NCBI GenBank assembly: GCA_902779165.1
Contig: CACZAN010000033.1
Span: forward strand, 23,310 to 87,309
From: an uncultured Bacteroidales bacterium
GTDB lineage: Bacteria > Bacteroidota > Bacteroidia > Bacteroidales > Bacteroidaceae
Length of the DNA stretch: 64,000 bases
Direction of reading: 5' to 3'
Part shown: in pieces, positions 29,323-36,705 of the stretch
How the letters are laid out: the number at the start of each line of letters is the position of its first letter
Numbering within the stretch: the first letter of the stretch is position 1
Translations under genes and position numbers: made by a program
Notes under the pieces: model-generated
Seen by the model: the letters and a program-made list of their open reading frames with translations, nothing else
Database searches by the model: none
What the model was told of the DNA's origin: nothing

Positions 29323-29358
29323 AATAATTAAATGAACACACCATAAATGCATTCGAAA

Positions 29359-29548
29359 CCCGTCACGTCTTCCGCTGTAATCCGTCACGTCCTCCGCTGT
29401 AATCCGTCACGTCTTCCGCTGTAATCCGTTACGTCTTCCGCTGTAATCCGTCACGCCTTCCGCAAAAGTACGTCACGGCCTCTGCCTATATACGTCCCGT
29501 CCCTCACGTCCATACGTCTCGTCCCTCACGTCTATATGTCTCCACGAG
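29359..29548 (-). repeat. Iteron-like ~22 bp array, inverted homologue of 8855-9014
   Basis: ccgtcacgtcttccgctgtaat occurs about five times, followed by acgtcccgtccctcacgtccat-type units. Confidence 0.8.
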
Positions 29549-29591
29549 TCTCACTAATGAGACAACCGCCTATAAGGGGATGAGTTGAACA

Positions 29592-29703
29592 AACTATACT
29601 TACTTCGACAAGTAACTATACTTCCACGCACGACCGAGTACTACTTCCACGCACGACCGAGTACTACTTCCCTGCACGACCGAGTACTACTTCCCCGTGC
29701 AGT
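29592..29703 (+). repeat. Tandem array of ~22-24 bp units (actacttccacgcacgaccgagt)
   Basis: There are about five units, three of them nearly perfect. The array abuts the duplicated cls 3' end. Confidence 0.8.
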
Positions 29704-29762
29704 ATAACCTCGGCCACCGCCAGACGGGACATTTCTTCTCCCTCTTCCGCCGGCTCTTCTGA
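29700..29762 (+). repeat. Displaced duplicate of the last ~63 bp of cls (compare 28868-28930), including the TGA stop
   Basis: By-eye alignment gives about 57 of 63 identical positions in direct orientation. Confidence 0.85.
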
Positions 29763-29923
29763 CAAATTCTGTGGCGTAGGGGGCATGTCAGCCAATAATC
29801 ATCTAATTATTTGAAACAGCTCGCCGACTTAGAGGGCGTGAGCCCCACCTCTTAGCCCCCTTTATATAGAGGGGGTCTTAGAGGGGGGCTGAGCCCGCTG
29901 ATATGACTAAGGGTGTAGGAAAA

Positions 29924-30000
29924 AAGATGCAGATATTATCGACATAAGATGCGAATCTTATTCCGAAAAGATCCTAATCCTATCGCCATAAGAACCTAAC
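29924..30000 (+). repeat. Degenerate ~22 bp tandem array (aagatgcNaatNttatc...)
   Basis: Three to four imperfect units run into MITE copy B. Confidence 0.5.
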
Positions 30001-30221
30001 TCAAGTTTCGATAGTATGCTAACCAGCTGTAATACAAAGCCCCAGCGGGGCGTGACAATGGTAGCCAGCCGTTTCAACGGCTGGTATATAGCGGCCAGGA
30101 AAAAGCGTGCCTTTAGGTATCGCGTACCTACGGCACGCTATACGTCAACATCCTCATTACCAGCCATTGAAATGGCTGGCTACCATTGTCTGATGCCTAC
30201 GGCATCACTTGCGAAACTTCA
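30001..30221 (-). mobile_element. MITE-like element, family 2, copy B (inverted relative to A, C and D)
   Basis: Reverse complement of the same consensus. It underlies the spurious ORF 30016..30387. Confidence 0.8.
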
Positions 30222-30335
30222 AAACCTAATCTTATTTGCAGCCCGAATAGGCGAAAATCGCCTGCAAAATTCACTTAGAGAGAGAATAATAACCACTTTT
30301 CTCCCTCTTTTTTTCTTCCTTTCGGAAAAAAGCAT

Positions 30336-30343
30336 TATCTTTG
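30336..30343 (+). promoter_or_regulatory. Candidate -7 box upstream of hsdM (long leader)
   Basis: tatctttg lies about 258 nt upstream of the ATG at 30601. Confidence 0.3.
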
Positions 30344-30600
30344 CAGCGAAATCATCGGTAGATGAACCTTCTGCCGCAATATCTTAACTGATATAACCAT
30401 AAATAAATATTTTAAAATCATCTCATTTAGGTTTTAATTTTTGGCTATCATCAACGCGCGAGCGCGAAGCCACTGTTTTAAATTCAAAATTTGTTCGGCA
30501 AGCCGTGCTCACGCTGCGATGAGCGTCACGAAACTCGGGATTTCGCACGGCTACAAAAGAATAGTTGAAGAAGTATATTGAGGAGAATTTCAAAAGAGAT

Positions 30601-32112
30601 ATGGCAAAAAAACAGACGAATACGACCTCAATAGGTTTTGAGGATGCGATATGGCGGGCAGCGGATAAGCTGCGCGGCAACCTGAATGCTTCGGAGTACG
30701 AAGGGGTGGTGCTGGGATTGATTTTCCTAAAGTACATCAGCGACAAGTTCGAGGCGAAGTACACGGAGTTGCTGCAGGAGCCCGATGCAGACGTAGAAGA
30801 CAAGGACGAGTACGAAGCCGACAACGTGTTCTTCGTTCCTCAAGACGCCCGCTGGCAGGTGATCAGCCTGGCGGCACACACGCCGCAAATCGGCAAGGTC
30901 ATCGACGATGCCTTGGAAGCCATAGAGCGGGAGAACCCGAAGCTGCGGGGTGTGCTCCCCTCTAATTATGCCCGCCCGGAATTGGATAAGCGGCGCTTGG
31001 GCGACGTGGTAGATCTCTTCACGAATATCCACATGCTGGCCTCCGGCGACGAACGGGACCTGCTGGGGCGCGTCTATGAATACTGCCTGCAGAAGTTCGC
31101 TTCGATGGAGGGCAAGAACGCCGGCGAATTCTACACCCCCAGCTGCATTGTCCGCACCATCGTAGAAATCCTGCAGCCCTACGAAGGCCGCGTCTATGAC
31201 CCCTGCTGCGGTTCGGGCGGTATGTTTGTGCAGAGCGCCAAGTTTATCTACAACCATCAGAAGGACATCAACAACATCAGCGTCTATGGTCAGGAGGCGA
31301 ACCCCTCGACGTGGAAGATGGCCCACATGAACGTTGCCATCCGAGGTCTGGAGGCCAACCTCGGCAAGTCGTATGCCGACACGTTCTTCAACGACCAGCA
31401 CCCCACGTTGAAGGCCGACTTCATCATGGCGAATCCGCCTTTCAACCTCAGCGACTGGGGCGCAGACAAACTGGAGAAAGACGTCCGTTGGAAGTTTGGT
31501 CTGCCGCCTGCCGGCAATGCGAACTTCGCCTGGATGCAGCACATGATTCACCACCTCTCGCCCACTGGCCGTATTGGCCTGGTATTAGCGAATGGTGCGC
31601 TCAGCTCTCAGACGGGCGGCGAGGGCGTGATCCGTCAGAAGATTGTGGAGGCCGACTTGGTGGAAGGTATCATCGCCTTGCCCTCGCAGCTGTTCTACAG
31701 CACGGGCATTCCCGTCTCTCTCTGGTTCCTCTCTCGCAACAAACAGCAGGCTGGCAAGACGCTGTTCATTGACGCTCGCAATATGGGAACAATGGTGACC
31801 CGCGCCGTGCGTGAGTTGATGGCGGAGGATATCCAGAAGATTGCCGAAACCTTCGACCAGTTCCGCAACGGCACCCTTGAAGATGAGAAAGGTTTCTGCG
31901 CCGTCCGTTCCCTCGAAGACATCGCCGCGCAAGATTTCATCCTCACTCCAGGCCGCTATGTAGGCATCGCCGAGCAGGAAGATGACGGCGAGCCCTTTGC
32001 CGAGAAGATGCAGCGCCTGACCTCAGAACTGAGTGGACTCTTTAAGGAGAGCCACCGACTGGAGGAGGAGATCAGGAAGCAACTCGGTAGCATAGGATTT
32101 GAAATCAAGTAA
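30601..32112 (+). CDS. hsdM: Type I restriction-modification system, DNA methyltransferase subunit M
   Basis: I trimmed the start to the ATG at 30601. HsdM N-terminal domain (FEDAIWRAADKLRG), AdoMet motif DPCCGSGG and catalytic NPPF. Confidence 0.9.
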   Translation: MAKKQTNTTSIGFEDAIWRAADKLRGNLNASEYEGVVLGLIFLKYISDKFEAKYTELLQEPDADVEDKDEYEADNVFFVPQDARWQVISLAAHTPQIGKVIDDALEAIERENPKLRGVLPSNYARPELDKRRLGDVVDLFTNIHMLASGDERDLLGRVYEYCLQKFASMEGKNAGEFYTPSCIVRTIVEILQPYEGRVYDPCCGSGGMFVQSAKFIYNHQKDINNISVYGQEANPSTWKMAHMNVAIRGLEANLGKSYADTFFNDQHPTLKADFIMANPPFNLSDWGADKLEKDVRWKFGLPPAGNANFAWMQHMIHHLSPTGRIGLVLANGALSSQTGGEGVIRQKIVEADLVEGIIALPSQLFYSTGIPVSLWFLSRNKQQAGKTLFIDARNMGTMVTRAVRELMAEDIQKIAETFDQFRNGTLEDEKGFCAVRSLEDIAAQDFILTPGRYVGIAEQEDDGEPFAEKMQRLTSELSGLFKESHRLEEEIRKQLGSIGFEIK

Positions 32113-32116
32113 GGTT

Positions 32117-32698
32117 ATGGAAGAGAACAAAAATACAACAATATTGGCTGAACAGCAGAATAAAGTACTGTTTCAGGATGTTTGTCTGATTATAGATCAA
32201 GCTCAAGCCTACGCTTACCGTTTGGTCAACGAAACGCTGATAAAGCGTAACTGGCTGCTGGGGATGCGCATTCAGCATGATGTACTGCAAGGACAGCGCG
32301 CAGAATATGGAGAACAGACCATTCGAAGATTAGCTGTTCAATTAATAGAAAAGTATGGTGATAGCTTTAGTCGGAGAAACCTGTATTACTATTTAGATTT
32401 CTACAAGTCATTCCCAAACTTTTTCCACGCAGTGAGCGGAAAATCTATTGAAAAACAAATTGTGAACACAGCGCGTTCACAATCTGGAGACAATCTAAAA
32501 AACATTTTGAACTCACTGCGTGCAAAATCTCCAATTAAACTTTCATGGACCCATTACCGTATTATTTTACAGGAGAATACGGAAAGAGGCAGAGTGTGGT
32601 ATGAGCAGGAGGCTGCGCGCGAAATGTGGAGTACACGTACTTTGCCGCTAAGTACCTTACATATATGCCTACAAAAGAGGAACTGCGTCGAGAGATAG
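32117..32698 (+). pseudogene. YhcG/DUF1016 PDDEXK-nuclease remnant (N-terminal domain only; nuclease core deleted, C-terminal tail in another frame)
   Basis: The DUF1016_N-like segment ends at ...YEQEAAREMWSTRTL. The typical tail YMPTKEELRREIEQQKEFF follows out of frame (about 32650-32741). Confidence 0.65.
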
Positions 32699-32784
32699 AA
32701 CAGCAGAAAGAATTCTTCCGTCTGCAACATAAGGAGGATTGACTTTGGAATAGTGGAAGGAATATAAACAGATTTTTCTCATTT

Positions 32785-33303
32785 ATGGAAGAGAACAAGA
32801 ATATAGAAAAAGTGGATGTGCTTTTTGAAAAAGTAGCAAAACTCATTGTTCAGTCCCGCCAAAGAGTGGCTTCTGCGATTAATCTGGCAGAGGTGTATAC
32901 CAAATACCGCATTGGACAATATATCGTGGAGTATGAGCAACGAGGTAATGTTCGAGCCGAATATGGTAAGCAAGTTCTAAGAGATTTGTCTGCAAGACTA
33001 ACACAACGATTTGGAGAGGGATGGTCTTATCCTTCAATGAAAAATATTAGGCAATTCTATCAGGTATATTCCGAAAAGCTAAACGGTGTTTATCCTATCG
33101 ATGATGAAAAGGCTAAACAGCGTTTAGCCAATTCTGATATTATAAGCATAACACAAAATGATGCGTTGGTGGAGTTGACTTTGCCAAAAGAAGCGAATAT
33201 CTATGCCACAGCCTATCAACTCTATTTGCCGGATAAAGCTTTGCTTCAGGCAAAAGTGAAAGAGTGGATTGAAGAGTTTAACGAAAAAGAACAGGAAGAA
33301 TGA
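32785..33303 (+). CDS. Second YhcG/DUF1016 derivative: N-terminal domain fused in frame to the family C-terminal tail, nuclease core missing
   Basis: N-terminal segment RVASAINLAEVYTKYRIGQYIVEYEQRGNVRAEYGKQVLRDLSARL is followed by ...YQLYLPDKALL. An ATGA overlap links it to hsdS. Confidence 0.6.
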   Translation: MEENKNIEKVDVLFEKVAKLIVQSRQRVASAINLAEVYTKYRIGQYIVEYEQRGNVRAEYGKQVLRDLSARLTQRFGEGWSYPSMKNIRQFYQVYSEKLNGVYPIDDEKAKQRLANSDIISITQNDALVELTLPKEANIYATAYQLYLPDKALLQAKVKEWIEEFNEKEQEE

Positions 33304-34463
33304 TGGAAGAGTGGAAGGAATATAAAATAAAGGATGCGACGTCTATTTTGGGTGACGGTATTCACGGAACCCCTAAATATGATGAAGGAGGCTCTGTGTA
33401 TTTCATTAATGGTAACAATCTTGAAAATGGAAAAATTGTTATTCGTGAAAACACAAGACGAGTATCTTTAGTAGAAGCATTAAAACATCAAAAACCACTT
33501 ACAGATAGGACTATCTTTGTATCCATCAATGGTACACTTGGTAATGTTGCCAGATACAATGGTGAGCCGTGTATACTAGGAAAGAGCGCTTGTTATTTCA
33601 ATGTAAAGGAAGAATTTGATGTAAACTTCATGTATTATGTTGTGGCGAATAGCAAATTCCGAAAGGAAATAGAAAGACTTGCTACAGGAACAACCATAAA
33701 AAATGTGTCGTTAGAAACAATGCGCAACTATACATTCTTCGCGCCCTCTTTGTTAGAACAGAAGAAAGTAGCTGCCATCCTCTCCTCCCTCGATGATAAA
33801 ATCGAGTTGAATCGTCGCATCAATGAGAATTTGGAGGCTCAAGCTCAGGCTTTGTTCAAGTCGTGGTTGTCCGGATGTCATTCAGAAGTAACGATTGGCG
33901 AATTATCCATGAATATAACAGACTATACAAAATGTGATCTGCCTAAGGTTGTACTTGTAAACAGCAGCGATGTTACAGAGGGGCATTTTGAACATCACAA
34001 TTATTCAGAAAACAAAAACCTCAAAGGACATTTCAAGAAAAGATTTCAAAAGGGATACATCTTGTATTCTCAGGTGCGTCCCAGAAATCGACATTGGGGT
34101 TATTGCAATTTTGATGCTGATGCTTATCTTGCTTCAACTCAGTTAATGGTTATCAGAAATCGTGCTGAATTAATATCAAGTATTTTACTTTATCAATATC
34201 TAATAGATGATGAAGTTTGGATGGATTTTACAAATAAGACAGAGACACGTTCAGGAACGTTTCCACAAGGTAACTATGAAGAAATAGCAGCTATAAAAGT
34301 TCGTTTCGGAACTGATATAGCTCAAATTACTAATGAATTGGAGAGTATGTATGCACTGATATACAATAATGAGCAAGAATCCCACCGTCTCGCGGCCCTT
34401 CGCGACACCCTTTTGCCTCGCTTGATGTCAGGTGAAATAAAAGTAGGTGATGTGACGTTATAA
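33300..34463 (+). CDS. hsdS: Type I R-M specificity subunit S (two target-recognition domains)
   Basis: Conserved central and C-terminal coiled regions (LEQKKVAAILSSLDDKIELNRRINENLEAQAQALFKSW; RLAALRDTLLPRLMSGEI). The gene is AT-rich relative to its flanks. Confidence 0.85.
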   Translation: MMEEWKEYKIKDATSILGDGIHGTPKYDEGGSVYFINGNNLENGKIVIRENTRRVSLVEALKHQKPLTDRTIFVSINGTLGNVARYNGEPCILGKSACYFNVKEEFDVNFMYYVVANSKFRKEIERLATGTTIKNVSLETMRNYTFFAPSLLEQKKVAAILSSLDDKIELNRRINENLEAQAQALFKSWLSGCHSEVTIGELSMNITDYTKCDLPKVVLVNSSDVTEGHFEHHNYSENKNLKGHFKKRFQKGYILYSQVRPRNRHWGYCNFDADAYLASTQLMVIRNRAELISSILLYQYLIDDEVWMDFTNKTETRSGTFPQGNYEEIAAIKVRFGTDIAQITNELESMYALIYNNEQESHRLAALRDTLLPRLMSGEIKVGDVTL

Positions 34464-34481
34464 TATAAAGGTGTATTTGGT

Positions 34482-35489
34482 ATGGCAGAGAAAGAGAATA
34501 AATTGATCTTGTATCAAGATGCTGAAGGACAAGTGAACGTGAATGTTCGCTTTGCCGATGAAGATGTGTGGCTGACACGCGAGCACCTTGCAGAGATTTA
34601 TGCGACCACCCCTCAGAATATCAGCCTTCACGTTGGCAACATTTATCAAGACAAGGAATTGGAGGAAGATGGAACTCGAAAGAAATTCTTTCTAGTTCGT
34701 CAAGAGGGTAAGCGGCAGGTGCAAAGAGAAATCGACCATTACAATTTGGACATGATTATCGCCTTGGGCTATCGCGTGCAGTCACCTATAGCTGTGCGTT
34801 TCCGTCGTTGGGCTACTCAGCGGCTGCACGAATACATCCAGAAGGGTTTCACGATGGACGACGAGCGTCTGAAGCAGGGCGGCAACCGCTATTTCAGGGA
34901 GTTGCTGCAGCGCATTCGCGACATCCGCAGCAGTGAACGCAATTTCTACCAGCAAGTGACGGATATCTATGCCACCAGCATTGACTATGACCCTCGTGCA
35001 CATATTACAAAGCTGTTCTTTGCCACCGTGCAGAACAAGATGCACTATGCCGTGCATGAGCATACCGCAGCAGAACTGATCTATGAGCGTGTGGACAACG
35101 AGAAGCCCTTCGTAGGGATGACCAACTTCAAAGGGAACTACGTAACACGCGATGACGTGAAAATTGCCAAGAACTACCTGACAGAAATAGAGCTGCAACG
35201 CTTGAACCTGCTCACTTCACAGTTCCTTGACTATGCTGAGTTTCAGGCTCTGGAACAAAACCCCATGAGGATGGCCGACTGGATTGCTGCGCTCGATGAT
35301 CAGATACTCCGTTTGCGCAAGAACATCCTCGAAGGCAGCGGCACCATCTCCCATCAAGAGGCTATTGAGAAGGCCGAACGGGAATTTGAAATCTACCGCG
35401 AGCGGGAGATGCGCCTGCTGGAAAGCGATTTCGACAGAGCCGTCAAGCGACTGCGAGATAAAGGCGAGGGACATGATGAAGATGCCTGA
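34482..35489 (+). CDS. rhuM: RhuM-family (virulence protein RhuM-like) protein
   Basis: Strong family resemblance along the full length (LILYQDAEGQVNVNVRF..., IIALGYRVQSPIAVRFRRWATQRL, SERNFYQQVTDIY). Confidence 0.8.
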   Translation: MAEKENKLILYQDAEGQVNVNVRFADEDVWLTREHLAEIYATTPQNISLHVGNIYQDKELEEDGTRKKFFLVRQEGKRQVQREIDHYNLDMIIALGYRVQSPIAVRFRRWATQRLHEYIQKGFTMDDERLKQGGNRYFRELLQRIRDIRSSERNFYQQVTDIYATSIDYDPRAHITKLFFATVQNKMHYAVHEHTAAELIYERVDNEKPFVGMTNFKGNYVTRDDVKIAKNYLTEIELQRLNLLTSQFLDYAEFQALEQNPMRMADWIAALDDQILRLRKNILEGSGTISHQEAIEKAEREFEIYREREMRLLESDFDRAVKRLRDKGEGHDEDA

Positions 35490-35532
35490 TGCCGGGTGAA
35501 CTGAAAGTAAATGAAGTTGAAAATATTGTGAT

Positions 35533-36705
35533 ATGAACGAAAAACAAACATATTTGGATTTCGACGAGTATATCCGTCAAGGAGAGCCTGCACAACAGGA
35601 AAAGGCAGGCTATTGGCAGACGGCTATTGGACTTCAGGCTGTAGATGGCTTGAAAGTGTCTGATTATCTGCAAGATACGGCCCGTAAGCACATTGAGGGT
35701 GACATTACCATCGACGAGGCTCGTGAACTGGTTAACCAGTATTATATCACCAAGACCGCCCACGATGCTCACGATGATGATAAGGAAGAAGCCGACCGTG
35801 TGTCGTCGAACATCGTCAAGGTGCTGTCCAGTCATACTTTCGACTTCACCACAGGCGGCTATCAGTCTGTACATCGACGTGTATTCGAGGGCGTGATGAA
35901 ACATGCGGGTGAATTCCGCACCTACGACATCACCAAGAAGGAGTGGGTGTTGGAGGGTGACACGGTACGCTATCTGAACTGGGAGGATCTGCGCCGCGCC
36001 ATCGACTACGATCTGGAGCAGGAGCGCAACTTCAGCTATAAAGGGCTGAGTAGTGACGAAATCGTTGTCCATGTTTCCAAATTCACATCTGGCCTTTGGC
36101 AGATACACGCCTTCGGCGAAGGCAATACACGCACAACAGCTGTCTTTGTGATTCTGTATCTGCGTTCTATTGGATTTGATGTGGAGAATGACCTATTTGC
36201 GAAGCACTCTTGGTATTTCCGAAATGCTTTGGTGAGAGCCAACTACAAGAATGTTCGTAATGGTATTGATTATACCCCAATCTATCTGGAACGTTTCTTT
36301 CGGAATCTTCTGCTGGGTGAACAATGGGATTTACGTAACCGCTACCTGCATATCCACCCGGCGGCGGAATGGTGTGAGCAACCGAATTTGATTTCAGGAC
36401 AGGCACCCGACAAGCAACCCGACAAGCAACCCGACAAGTCACATGACAAGTTCAGCACCAAAAGCCAATACATCAGACAATTGGTAATCATTCTCGGAGA
36501 CAAAGAAATGTCTGTAAGAGAAATGCTTAACGGATTAGGGTTGAAAGACCGAGAGAGTTTCATGGATGTTTACCTCAACCCTTCAATGAAGGGAAGATTT
36601 GTACGCCTTCTTTATCCGAACTCTCCTCGCCATCCCCGTCAAAAGTATCTCCTGACCGTTAAAGGTTTGGCACTGTATCATGAACTGAAAAAGGAACTAT
36701 CATGA
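35533..36705 (+). CDS. Fic/Fido-domain protein with a VbhA-like N-terminal segment and a C-terminal winged-helix; non-canonical Fic motif
   Basis: The Fic motif reads HAFGEGNTRTTA against the canonical HxFx(D/E)GNGRxxR. There is a PDKQPDKQPDKS repeat linker and a C-terminal wHTH (MSVREMLNGLGLKDRESFMDVYLNP...QKYLLT). The stop overlaps the hsdR ATG (ATGA). Confidence 0.8.
   Translation: MNEKQTYLDFDEYIRQGEPAQQEKAGYWQTAIGLQAVDGLKVSDYLQDTARKHIEGDITIDEARELVNQYYITKTAHDAHDDDKEEADRVSSNIVKVLSSHTFDFTTGGYQSVHRRVFEGVMKHAGEFRTYDITKKEWVLEGDTVRYLNWEDLRRAIDYDLEQERNFSYKGLSSDEIVVHVSKFTSGLWQIHAFGEGNTRTTAVFVILYLRSIGFDVENDLFAKHSWYFRNALVRANYKNVRNGIDYTPIYLERFFRNLLLGEQWDLRNRYLHIHPAAEWCEQPNLISGQAPDKQPDKQPDKSHDKFSTKSQYIRQLVIILGDKEMSVREMLNGLGLKDRESFMDVYLNPSMKGRFVRLLYPNSPRHPRQKYLLTVKGLALYHELKKELS

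Noticed and set aside
29359-29703. Possible CRISPR array
   Set aside because: The ~22-24 bp units are contiguous, with no unique spacers between them. The units are degenerate, and there is no leader or cas gene nearby.
30016-30387. 123-aa ORF (MLTSCNTKPQRGVTMVASRFNGW...), with the related ORF 62388..62837
   Set aside because: Both are translations of the family-2 MITE-like repeat, which is present in four copies in both orientations. The shared peptide reflects DNA repetition, not a protein family.
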